Origin: a virus
Taxonomy: Duplodnaviria; Caudoviricetes
Length of the DNA: 26,614 nucleotides
Virus record (IMG/VR): IMGVR_UViG_3300020045_008993
Coordinates: 1 to 26,614 of that record
Direction: 5' to 3' (one strand)
The translations under genes were made by a program, and so were the position numbers. The notes below the pieces were generated by a model, which searched no databases, was not told where the DNA came from, and saw only the letters and a list, made by a program, of their open reading frames with translations. Shown piece after piece: positions 1 through 8,188 of the stretch (its first letter is position 1; each line of letters opens with the position of its first letter).

Positions 1-1
1 C

Positions 2-1873
2 ATGGCTGACATGCTAAATCATTTCGATCCTAAGTTTGGACTCATCATCGATCTATTCGCAGGTGGTGGTGGAGCATCGGAGGGGATACGTGCCGCGCTC
101 GGTCGTGATCCGGATGTCGCAGTTAACCATGACCCAGAAGCGATATCTATGCATACGATGAACCATCACGATACTATGCACTTCACTGCAGACGTTTTCG
201 AGGTTGATCCTAAAACTATCTTCCCTGAATATCCAGTCGGGCTGCTTTGGGCTTCGCCGGCATGTACCCACTTCTCAAAAGCACGCGGATCGAAGCCGGT
301 ATGTAAACAGCTCAGATCACTCGCGTGGATCGTTGTTAAATGGGCGAGACTCAGAAAGCCGAAACAGATCTATTTGGAAAACGTCGAAGAGTTCCTGAGT
401 TGGGGGCCAGTACTCGATGACGGGCAACCATGCCCTATCCGTAAAGGCGAGACGTTTAAACGCTTTGTCGCTGATCTAGAAAAGCTTGGTTATGACGTAG
501 AGTGGCGAGAGGTAAAGGCGCACGAATACGGAGCACCGACGATACGCAAACGCCTCTTTATGGTAGCACGATGCGATGGTAAAGAAATCGTATGGCCTAA
601 ACCGACACACGGTGATCCAAAAAGATTGGAAGTGAAAAGCGGTAAACGCAAACCGTTCCGAACGGCAGCGGAGATCATCGACTGGTCGATACCTGGTAAT
701 TCAATTTTTATGCGTACTGAAGAGATCAAAGCAAAAAAGCTTCGTATCAAACGACCGCTAAAAGATACTTCATTACGTCGTATCGGTAAAGGGTTGAATA
801 AATTCGTATTTAAAAATCCCGATCCGTACACCGTCGATCAATCGTGGATTGTAAAATATTACAAAGGTGTAGTTGGAAGCTCTATCAACGACCCACTACC
901 GACCGTAACAACTGCGGATCATAACGCTCTATCAACCGCAAAACTCGCCCCATTCGTCAGCACCTATTTCGGTGAACGCAACGGAGAAGCGGACGGCAGA
1001 GGAGCGACACTCGACAAACCATTATCAACGATTACAAGTGGGGGGATGAGACATTCGTTAATCTCTCCGGTACTGATCGGAATCGATAACGGAAGCTCCA
1101 AAAGCGCATCATGGTCACCCGAAGTGCCACTGACAACTATCGTTACTGAAAACCGTCACGCATTGGTTGAAAATAATATGGTTCAACTCCCTCATATCGT
1201 CCGAGACTTTAAAAGCTCTATCGGTAGTAGCATGAACGATCCTATCGGAACGATCACGACTCAGGGCAACGGTAAAGCCGCGCTATGTGTTTCACACGCT
1301 GTCAAATTCAGAGGAACAAATTACGGTTACCCGATGAGTGATCCGGTACATACTATCACCGCAGCAGGAACGCACCAGGGATTAGTCACGAGCTATCTCA
1401 ACTCTTTCTATGGCAACGCTGAAGATATCGGATCATCGATGGACGATCCATTACGGACAGTTACTACAAAAGACCGATTTGCGAAAGTGGATATCGTACT
1501 CGATTCCGTCACGGGTGCGATGTGGGATAGTGAAACGATGGAGCGGATCATCTCCGTTCGTGAGTTCATCCAAACCTATTGCGGTGATGACCTGAGCGAT
1601 GATGAGCGTATGGGGATCGTAACGATAAAAGGGCTACGGTGTCAAATCGTAGATATTAGCCTCCGTATGCTCAAACCGCGTGAGCTTTACAACGCGCAGG
1701 GCTTCCGTCCGGACTACATCATCGACCGAACCGTAGATCATAAACCGATCACCGGCACAGCTCAGGTGCGAATGGTAGGAAACAGTGTTTGCCCTCCCGC
1801 TGCGGAAGCAATCATCCGAGCGAATCAAAACGCACCGTTCAAAACTGTACCGATATTTGAGGAAGCGGCGTAG
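2..1873 (+). CDS. Phage C5 DNA cytosine methyltransferase with expanded repeat-containing variable region
   Basis: Motif I DLFAGGGG, catalytic motif IV SPAC, motif VI ENV, motif VIII R-K-R, C-terminal RELYNAQGF and GNSVCP. The start is at the window edge, but motif I near the N-terminus suggests the gene is essentially complete. Confidence 0.92.
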   Translation: MADMLNHFDPKFGLIIDLFAGGGGASEGIRAALGRDPDVAVNHDPEAISMHTMNHHDTMHFTADVFEVDPKTIFPEYPVGLLWASPACTHFSKARGSKPVCKQLRSLAWIVVKWARLRKPKQIYLENVEEFLSWGPVLDDGQPCPIRKGETFKRFVADLEKLGYDVEWREVKAHEYGAPTIRKRLFMVARCDGKEIVWPKPTHGDPKRLEVKSGKRKPFRTAAEIIDWSIPGNSIFMRTEEIKAKKLRIKRPLKDTSLRRIGKGLNKFVFKNPDPYTVDQSWIVKYYKGVVGSSINDPLPTVTTADHNALSTAKLAPFVSTYFGERNGEADGRGATLDKPLSTITSGGMRHSLISPVLIGIDNGSSKSASWSPEVPLTTIVTENRHALVENNMVQLPHIVRDFKSSIGSSMNDPIGTITTQGNGKAALCVSHAVKFRGTNYGYPMSDPVHTITAAGTHQGLVTSYLNSFYGNAEDIGSSMDDPLRTVTTKDRFAKVDIVLDSVTGAMWDSETMERIISVREFIQTYCGDDLSDDERMGIVTIKGLRCQIVDISLRMLKPRELYNAQGFRPDYIIDRTVDHKPITGTAQVRMVGNSVCPPAAEAIIRANQNAPFKTVPIFEEAA

Positions 1874-1879
1874 TATAAT
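1874..1879 (+). promoter_or_regulatory. Putative -10 box (TATAAT) for the 1914..2291 gene
   Basis: Perfect TATAAT directly after the methyltransferase stop codon, 35 nt upstream of the next ATG; no clear -35. Confidence 0.45.
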
Positions 1880-1913
1880 ATGGTGTTGATTAGAGAAAAT
1901 CAAAGGCAATAAG

Positions 1914-2291
1914 ATGAAAAGTTTTACTCCGATTAAAATTCATCCAGTAGATATTGATCTTTTGGATATTGGTAGTTCCAATGCAATTAATAACGCACTT
2001 CGTAGAAGAGCTCCATTACCTCAATCCAAAATTGTTGTAATGGATACTCCTGAAAGTAGAGCCGGAGTCCGAAATATATATCGTGAATATGCAGAGCGCG
2101 ACTTTGGTTTCCATGAGAAATCTATAGATGATGAAACTTTGGAAAAATTACATGAAATTGCTCGGTCAACTAGTTATTTGTTTGATACAATAGTAGCTGA
2201 CTATACTGGGTATATAAGACAAAAAACTATCCCAAAGATAAGCGAAGTTAGAGACCTAATCATTGAAGATATGAAAAAACAACAATCCTAA
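1914..2291 (+). CDS. Hypothetical protein (moron-like)
   Basis: 125-aa ORF, AT-richer than the upstream gene, flanked by its own -10 box and a downstream hairpin. Confidence 0.75.
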   Translation: MKSFTPIKIHPVDIDLLDIGSSNAINNALRRRAPLPQSKIVVMDTPESRAGVRNIYREYAERDFGFHEKSIDDETLEKLHEIARSTSYLFDTIVADYTGYIRQKTIPKISEVRDLIIEDMKKQQS

Positions 2292-2296
2292 TTATC

Positions 2297-2311
2297 GCGG
2301 GTTCTCCCCGC
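2297..2311 (+). terminator. Hairpin GCGGG-TTCTC-CCCGC, possible terminator
   Basis: 5-bp GC stem immediately after the 2291 stop; there is no strong U-tract. Confidence 0.35.
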
Positions 2312-2423
2312 ATAACCTCCCACTAAAACAATCCACCCAAACCACCCCCTGCCCCATACTAAACCCGTCTAACCATTCCGCACGCCGACGGGTTCACTGT
2401 GAGACAATCAAAAAGGATAATTA

Positions 2424-2681
2424 ATGAAAGCATTGAAATTAATAAAAGAATGTCTTGACGTAGATCATACTGAAGTTAAAGAGGCAATCTCGGAACTCGA
2501 AGCACTGCAACAACGTATCAATTCTCTTGAAGCCGAAAACGCGGAATTGAAAGATACTAAAATCTATGAAACGTGCGATGGATGTGTGCATTTTGGTGTA
2601 AGAGATGGATATAAAACATGTAGAAGCATTCACCAGTGCGGAATTTGGTACCCGAACTTAAAGGATGTTGGCAATGTCTAA
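2424..2681 (+). CDS. Hypothetical phage protein (coiled coil plus Cys-rich C-terminus)
   Basis: AAGGA RBS upstream; heptad-like ISELEALQQRINSLEAENAELK; CDGC...C....C motif. Confidence 0.75.
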   Translation: MKALKLIKECLDVDHTEVKEAISELEALQQRINSLEAENAELKDTKIYETCDGCVHFGVRDGYKTCRSIHQCGIWYPNLKDVGNV

Positions 2682-2853
2682 ATTAACTCACGGCGAACAT
2701 ATCTTTTTGAAGCGACAAAACCTTGATTTTACACAGTCAATGAGTCGCATGCAACAAAGCATAAGCGCGCGAATTCCGCCACGAATGGAATATCAAGAAG
2801 CCATGCAGTATTACAAAAATAAACTTAATAAAGTTTGGGAGAATATGAAATGA
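2674..2853 (+). CDS. Hypothetical protein
   Basis: ATG at 2674 follows AAGGA (2661-2665); overlaps the upstream gene end and is ATGA-coupled to the next gene. Confidence 0.65.
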   Translation: MSKLTHGEHIFLKRQNLDFTQSMSRMQQSISARIPPRMEYQEAMQYYKNKLNKVWENMK

Positions 2854-3428
2854 AACTCACAGAAATCGAACGAACCATCATCGTGATTAATATCATCGGG
2901 GTGATCTTAGAAGAGTATGATCAAGACGAGACTACTCCCCCCATCCTAACTCTAAAAGAAAAATGCACTAAATTCAGCATTCGTCAAAGTGGGACAGGAG
3001 AGGTTTATGATATTTCCAAACTAAGATTGAATGGGAGCAGAATTTCAGGATTATCAACATATATCAAGATCATCGATGCAAAACGCCACAAACGATATCT
3101 CGATGCCTTAATGATCGGAGATAAGATTTGGCGTGATGCTATCGACCATTTTTCGAAACAAAAACTAAAAATAGATGCAGTGACTCTTATCGAAGCAGTG
3201 TATTTGTTCCATGAAAAAATCAGCACGAAGCACACGACAATCAAGCGCGCCGATATCGATGCGTTTCGGTTTGAAAACGAAATAGTGGATGATAAAACCG
3301 CACTGGACGGCACAGCAGTTGGAGGTCATCTTATGGGGCTTTTGGCTCGCGAGAGTGGTGAGAATGTAAATGGGAAGTTGAGAGCGTTTAGGTTGAAAAA
3401 AGAAGATGAGATGGGGAGAGCGGCATGA
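2850..3428 (+). CDS. Hypothetical protein
   Basis: ATG at 2850 in an ATGA overlap, GGGAG RBS; ATGA coupling to the next gene. Confidence 0.75.
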   Translation: MKLTEIERTIIVINIIGVILEEYDQDETTPPILTLKEKCTKFSIRQSGTGEVYDISKLRLNGSRISGLSTYIKIIDAKRHKRYLDALMIGDKIWRDAIDHFSKQKLKIDAVTLIEAVYLFHEKISTKHTTIKRADIDAFRFENEIVDDKTALDGTAVGGHLMGLLARESGENVNGKLRAFRLKKEDEMGRAA

Positions 3429-3673
3429 AATTGCAAAATATAGCTTTAAAGCCGGCGATAATGATTTTGCTTCGGCTTAGAAGAAATTCTCGTTTTCGTC
3501 AGCGATTCTATGAGATATGCAAAAAATGCAAAACAAATGATGATTTCTATCTATCGATTTTACGTGAAAAAGCAAGAGTAGAACGTTGCATTTTTTTAGA
3601 GGAATATCATCATTACAAATATTGGTATAAACCTGAAATGATAGCTTCTATGCGACAAAAGGATCATGCATGA
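3425..3673 (+). CDS. Hypothetical basic protein
   Basis: ATGA overlaps at both ends, typical of phage operon coupling. Confidence 0.7.
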   Translation: MKLQNIALKPAIMILLRLRRNSRFRQRFYEICKKCKTNDDFYLSILREKARVERCIFLEEYHHYKYWYKPEMIASMRQKDHA

Positions 3674-4350
3674 ATAACATCCCCATGAACGCACCTATGG
3701 CATTAGCAACACAGCAAGGGGTTAAGACGCAGACACGACGGATCATAAAAGGTGATCCAAGAGTAGATGATGTTGGTCATTGGATATGCAGTGGAGCAAA
3801 CTGGGGTGTAGGCACCGATGGAAAGCCTTATGTAAAAGAATTTATAAAATGGAAAGCCCCCTATAAAATCGGAGAAGTCATTTGGGTTCGCGAGCCGGTA
3901 AGAGTTGAGCATCATACTTTAGCTAATGTAGGTTTTTTGATGGCTTATAGGCATTTGTCAGATACTACACTAAAAACCATGAGAGTTCCTGAGCGATTTA
4001 AAAAGCTTCCAAAATGGATTGAAAAAGAGCAAGGCATCCCAAACGGATGTATCTGTGAAATGGCTCGTACATTCATCCGGGTAATTGATATTTGGGTTGA
4101 GCGGTTGAATGAGATCAGCTATGGCGATGCGCTAGCGGAGGGTATCTCCCGTGATTTTAGTGCAGGAAACGAATGGTGGCTTTGGAAAGATTACAGTACG
4201 GGAAAATTTGAGTTTGAATATGACTTTAGACCCGAAGAGTCATTTGGAACACTTTGGGAATCCATCAATGGTAAGAACTCTTTTGATAACCGATTTGTTT
4301 GGGTGATCGAGTTTGAATTGATTAGCAAAGAGGAGGCAACAAATGGCTAA
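3670..4350 (+). CDS. ASCH/PUA-like phage protein
   Basis: N-terminal PM....QGVKTQTRR, PYKIGEVIWVRE, VERLNEISYGDALAEG and C-terminal FVWVIEFE motifs of the common phage ASCH-like family. Confidence 0.75.
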   Translation: MNNIPMNAPMALATQQGVKTQTRRIIKGDPRVDDVGHWICSGANWGVGTDGKPYVKEFIKWKAPYKIGEVIWVREPVRVEHHTLANVGFLMAYRHLSDTTLKTMRVPERFKKLPKWIEKEQGIPNGCICEMARTFIRVIDIWVERLNEISYGDALAEGISRDFSAGNEWWLWKDYSTGKFEFEYDFRPEESFGTLWESINGKNSFDNRFVWVIEFELISKEEATNG

Positions 4351-4504
4351 AGACAAATTTGAAAAGTGCAAAAGTTGCGTGAATTTTAATGCCGAAGCAA
4401 GTAACGCAAACTGGACAGTCTGTAAGTGTATGCCGGTAAGCGTAATGGTTGCCGGGACGTCGAAAGATTGTGAGAAGTATGAGGAGATAAAAAATGGATC
4501 CTGA
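4343..4504 (+). CDS. Small Cys-rich hypothetical protein (53 aa; absent from ORF track)
   Basis: AGGAGG RBS at 4331-4336; translates MAKDKFEKCKSCVNF...VCKC...DCEKYEEIKNGS; exactly bridges the flanking genes. Confidence 0.7.
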   Translation: MAKDKFEKCKSCVNFNAEASNANWTVCKCMPVSVMVAGTSKDCEKYEEIKNGS

Positions 4505-4790
4505 AGATTTTAAAAACTTAGCACTCATCCCTGGTCTGTTAAAGCAAGTTGAAGAGATGCATGCATTTATGAAAAAAATGATGCCTCCCATCACCACAAA
4601 AAAAGACGTAGCAAAATTTTTAGAAAAAAGTGAAGGGACAATAGGTAACTATATTTCAAATGGACTTCTAAAAGAAGGAAAACATTTCTATCGTAAAAAC
4701 GGTAGAATGTTAGTGTTTGTCGAAAGTGCTGTTATCGAGTTCCGAAATGAACTCTTAACAGGAACAGCCAATGCAAAAGTTACGTTTTAA
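4494..4790 (+). CDS. Excisionase-like / MerR-type HTH DNA-binding protein
   Basis: GAGGAG RBS; TKKDVAKFLEKSEGTIGNYISNG helix-turn-helix pattern; lies directly upstream of and overlaps the integrase. Confidence 0.65.
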   Translation: MDPEDFKNLALIPGLLKQVEEMHAFMKKMMPPITTKKDVAKFLEKSEGTIGNYISNGLLKEGKHFYRKNGRMLVFVESAVIEFRNELLTGTANAKVTF

Positions 4791-5838
4791 AAATAGAAGT
4801 GGTATTTTGTATTTCGGGTTCGGTGACAAGTTTAAATCATCGAAACTTAAGTATTCCGTTGTAAACAAAAATATCATTATTGGAAAATTTAAAAGTGGAA
4901 GTCTTGCGGAAGATTTAAGCTTTATAAGTATAGAAGCACCACTCGTAACCACGCTCTTAGAAGAGGTTATGAGTGGCAAAGAAAGCTCATTAAAGCATAA
5001 TTCCATCTTATCGTATAGAACTGCTTGCTCAACGAGTATTATACCTTATTTCAAAAATAAATTTGTGAGTGATATAAAGCCGATAGATATTAAGATGTTT
5101 CAAGATTCCTTGGTTAAAAGAGGGCTTAAACGTCAATCAATAGCTATGGCGAGAGTATTAATAAAAGAGTTATTTGACATTGCGATCATACGAGAGTACA
5201 CAACCGTTAATCCGGTAAAAATGGTGAGCATGCCAAAGATGAAAATAACCAAAGAGAAGCCAAAACCGTTTACTCTTGATGAGATTGATTTGATTATCAA
5301 AAATACCGAGGGAAGCATTAGAAATTTCTTAGGTATTTCATTCTTTACTGGTATGAGATCAGGTGAATTATTGGCGTTACGTTGGGATGATGTAGATTTT
5401 GATAATGACACCATTTCGATCAGCAATACAATAGCAAGCGGAGTGATAAACACCGCAAAAACTCATTCAAGTGTGAGAGATATTGAGATGCTTGATGAAG
5501 CACGAAAGTATTTGAAAGCTCAACAGCTATTAACTGGGTTGAAAAATGAGTTCGTGTTTATGGACAAAAATTCTTTTTACGGTCACAACAAGCACTTTTA
5601 CGGTTTTTATCAAAGGGTTCTAAAGAATCTAAAGATAGAGGCTAGAAACTTGCATAATACGCGCCATACGTTCGCAAGTATGATGCTGAATAATGGGATT
5701 GATCCATTATGGGTTTCAAATATGTTAGGACATGAAAATCTAAACATTACCCTACAAATTTACACTCACTATATGCCAAAAAAAGAAAAGATGGTAATAG
5801 GGTTCTTGAATAAACGGTACAAAAGCGGTACAAACTAG
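4771..5838 (+). CDS. int: Tyrosine recombinase / phage integrase
   Basis: Catalytic set R (TGMRSGE), K (TAKT), HxxR (HNTRH), H (LGH) and Y (IYTH). Confidence 0.95.
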   Translation: MQKLRFKNRSGILYFGFGDKFKSSKLKYSVVNKNIIIGKFKSGSLAEDLSFISIEAPLVTTLLEEVMSGKESSLKHNSILSYRTACSTSIIPYFKNKFVSDIKPIDIKMFQDSLVKRGLKRQSIAMARVLIKELFDIAIIREYTTVNPVKMVSMPKMKITKEKPKPFTLDEIDLIIKNTEGSIRNFLGISFFTGMRSGELLALRWDDVDFDNDTISISNTIASGVINTAKTHSSVRDIEMLDEARKYLKAQQLLTGLKNEFVFMDKNSFYGHNKHFYGFYQRVLKNLKIEARNLHNTRHTFASMMLNNGIDPLWVSNMLGHENLNITLQIYTHYMPKKEKMVIGFLNKRYKSGTN

Positions 5839-6022
5839 AATCTAAGCCCGATAGAGACGGAACATTTCATTAAAATTAATTTATCTAATAAGGTAAATAT
5901 TATACTTAATCGTGTAATGTTTAAATACAGTACGGCACTTTCGCAAACAAGTTGTATTGATTAGCTAGTAATTGTCTTATAAAAAACGGTACAAAAACGG
6001 TACAAAATTATAATTGTACCGC
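5815..6022. other. Putative attP with integrase arm-type repeats (CGGTACAAA)
   Basis: CGGTACAAA at 5815, 5826, 5987 and 5998 (two tandem pairs with 11-bp period) plus an inverted copy at 6013-6021, flanking an AT-rich spacer just downstream of int. Confidence 0.7.
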
Positions 6023-6164
6023 TACTAATAACATAAGCCGTGTTCTTTATTACACGCATACACGGTAATTAGAAAATATCAGTGACAGAATCCCCATGTT
6101 TCTGTATGATTATTGACACTAATTTGTCACTACGATTTATAATTAAATCATGATCTCATACCTA

Positions 6165-6173
6165 TGGTATAAT
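6165..6173 (+). promoter_or_regulatory. Extended -10 promoter TGGTATAAT
   Basis: TGnTATAAT followed by AAGGAG at 6183-6188. Confidence 0.55.
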
Positions 6174-6193
6174 TGTTCATTTAAGGAGTATTT

Positions 6194-6415
6194 ATAAAAA
6201 ATTTATCATTAAAGCCCCCTAGTTTTGATCAGGCCGATAAAGCTTTAATTAAAATGGGGGAAGCTTTTAATCAAATCGATGAAATTGAAATTCCTAAAAC
6301 ATCATTGCAAAAATATATAAAAGAGATGTGCTTATTTGCTTCAATAAATATGGTTCGAGATGAAGTAATGCAAGAGATACATTTTATTCAAGCAAAACTC
6401 ACATATAGATTATAA
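6194..6415 (+). CDS. Small moron-like ORF (73 aa from ATA at 6194, or 53 aa from ATG at 6254)
   Basis: Open frame IKNLSLKPPSFDQADKALIKMGEAF...LTYRL; strong RBS 5 nt before the ATA; converges on the lysis operon. Confidence 0.5.
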   Translation: MKNLSLKPPSFDQADKALIKMGEAFNQIDEIEIPKTSLQKYIKEMCLFASINMVRDEVMQEIHFIQAKLTYRL

Positions 6416-6655
6416 ACACCTATCCAACGCCGCTTCAAAATCATAAAGACAACTCTCTAGCTTTGGATAGTTTTCTAACCTTGCTTTAGTCCACTGGACG
6501 ATATCGCCAATTTCGGGGGTAAGCTCTTGGCATTTAGGCTTTTTGGTTTCACATTTTTTTGTGATTGTAATTGGTTCAGTTGGGACCACTTCTTTACTGG
6601 CACAACCTAAGAATATTAAAACTACTGTTAATACCATTAAATAACTTGTTTTCAT
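6410..6655 (-). CDS. Outer-membrane spanin (Rz1-like lipoprotein)
   Basis: Lipobox LIFLGC after a signal peptide; Pro/Cys-containing mature part; last gene of the lysis cassette. Confidence 0.65.
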   Translation of the reverse strand: MKTSYLMVLTVVLIFLGCASKEVVPTEPITITKKCETKKPKCQELTPEIGDIVQWTKARLENYPKLESCLYDFEAALDRCL

Positions 6656-6999
6656 ACTTCCACCTCTAATAGATTACACGTCTGCCCCACTAATTCGTGT
6701 GAGCAGTCACTTAAAAATTGAATAGTTCCATCATTCACAAAAGAATGACATCGATGTTGGATTTGTTCTTCCCCATACGTAAATTGAGTTAGTATGCTTG
6801 GTATAAGTGTAGGGCTTTCAGCATCCCCATTCCATGACCAATTACCTGTACCCTCATGGCTTCCGCTTAGTTGGTAAGGAATATATCGGTTTTGAAACAT
6901 GAAAAACTCTAATGGAAATTTTAAATGAACATGCGTTCCTTCCTCTTTTGGAACTTCTACCCATTGCCCGTTTATCAATTTGACTGGTTTCGCTTTCAT
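6652..6999 (-). CDS. DUF6527-like protein
   Basis: WSWNGD..SPTL.PSI and RCHSFVNDG.IQFLSDCSH.L motifs recalled from this family; ATGA coupled on both sides. Confidence 0.65.
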   Translation of the reverse strand: MKAKPVKLINGQWVEVPKEEGTHVHLKFPLEFFMFQNRYIPYQLSGSHEGTGNWSWNGDAESPTLIPSILTQFTYGEEQIQHRCHSFVNDGTIQFLSDCSHELVGQTCNLLEVEV

Positions 7000-7370
7000 A
7001 ACCCACTCCCTTCGGAATTTGTACGTGCAGCTTCTGCGATTGCATTAAGATCCACGCAATTGTTCCCAGTTGCAACATATTCGATCTTTGTTTTGAATGC
7101 CGGCTTTGCTGCCATCGTTCGATTGAAATCTACTTCTTTAGCTATAGCGTCCAATTTGTCCCGCTCCATCCATGCCTTATAAAAAGCTACGTTATCCTTT
7201 TGGCGTTGGGTTTCAGCGTCTTTCGTCTTGACGGTTTCTTTAAGAACGTTTCGCTCTCCAGACACGGTTAACGTGTAAAATCCAAGTGCGATTAAAACCC
7301 CAACTAAAAAAACGATTACCCAAATAAGGACTTTACCAATACCGATATTGGCTACTTCTGATAGCTGCAT
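6996..7370 (-). CDS. Inner-membrane spanin (Rz-like)
   Basis: Start at 7370 (MQLSEVAN) with GGAG RBS; single N-terminal TM helix followed by coiled coil and a C-terminal Cys; downstream of the endolysin. Confidence 0.65.
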   Translation of the reverse strand: MQLSEVANIGIGKVLIWVIVFLVGVLIALGFYTLTVSGERNVLKETVKTKDAETQRQKDNVAFYKAWMERDKLDAIAKEVDFNRTMAAKPAFKTKIEYVATGNNCVDLNAIAEAARTNSEGSGL

Positions 7371-7914
7371 ATTTTTCTCCATATTTATAAACTTGGGTTG
7401 AATAATCATAGTTGATCTCGCAGTTCGAGACACACTCTTTTTTACCTGATGGGTATGTAAAGCAACTCTGACCACGTTTGCAGTTTGCCTTTGCTTTTTC
7501 CCAATCCTCAGCTCCAGCACGCTTGATCTCTTTTAGAACCAATCCCCCACCGTTGTACACCTGGTACGTTACCCATAAACCGTATTTGGGTTGGTAGACT
7601 GACTTCATGATTATTGCTTGAGCTTTGAGTTGATTTGATATAGCCTTGATGCTATCGACACCTTTAGCCTTAAGAGATTTTTGCCAAAGGCGGTAGGTTA
7701 TTTGAGGAAGTCCCTCTGATCCTACCCCATCATATGAGATAATATTACGACATCCAGACTCTTGGACGAGTTGCCCTAGCCCGTACTGGTACGGGTAGTC
7801 AATGCCAAACTGTAAGAAATGAGCCTTACGCACTTCTTGAACATACGATTGACACCGCTGCATCGATCCTGCATATAGTGTCATCGATACGAAAAGAAGC
7901 ACAATAAATTTCAT
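7333..7914 (-). CDS. Endolysin, lytic transglycosylase (SLT/lysozyme-like) with signal peptide
   Basis: QLVQESG catalytic Glu motif, GLPQI and YNGG motifs; N-terminal MKFIVLLFVSMTLYA; directly after the holin. Confidence 0.8.
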   Translation of the reverse strand: MKFIVLLFVSMTLYAGSMQRCQSYVQEVRKAHFLQFGIDYPYQYGLGQLVQESGCRNIISYDGVGSEGLPQITYRLWQKSLKAKGVDSIKAISNQLKAQAIIMKSVYQPKYGLWVTYQVYNGGGLVLKEIKRAGAEDWEKAKANCKRGQSCFTYPSGKKECVSNCEINYDYSTQVYKYGEKYAAIRSSQYRYW

Positions 7915-7915
7915 A

Positions 7916-8188
7916 TCATCCGCCCATTGCAAAGCAGTAGATAATAATCAGATAAAAAGCAACGACAGCAATAGTAAGCTGCCAGTTGTTATCATTGCCC
8001 CAGTCGATTTTTGGAAACAAAAATTTACGCAAAACATGCGCTACAATCACCCCTGCTGTTACAAGCAAAAACTTTGATAATACGAGTTGAATAACGGGAG
8101 GGAAATTCTCATAAACCCCACTGATGAATATACTCACTAATATAATTGTCATAACCATTACAAACCACATACGCTTAAACTCTTTCAT
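7916..8188 (-). CDS. Holin (3 TM)
   Basis: 90 aa with three hydrophobic segments; AGGAGG RBS; immediately upstream of the endolysin. Confidence 0.75.
   Translation of the reverse strand: MKEFKRMWFVMVMTIILVSIFISGVYENFPPVIQLVLSKFLLVTAGVIVAHVLRKFLFPKIDWGNDNNWQLTIAVVAFYLIIIYCFAMGG

Noticed and set aside
5875-5925. dif-like site or tRNA fragment as the att core
   Set aside because: ATAA/TTAT spacing is 8 bp, not the 6 bp of XerCD dif, and no tRNA T-arm or CCA end is recognisable.
5815-6022. CRISPR array
   Set aside because: Repeats are only 9-11 bp with no regular unique spacers and no cas genes.
6038-6065. CCGTGT...ACACGG hairpin as a terminator
   Set aside because: Short stem, long loop and no U-tract; too weak to call.
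7371-7520. Longer start for the i-spanin ORF
   Set aside because: Lies within the endolysin; ATG 7370 has a GGAG RBS and places the TM helix at the N-terminus.
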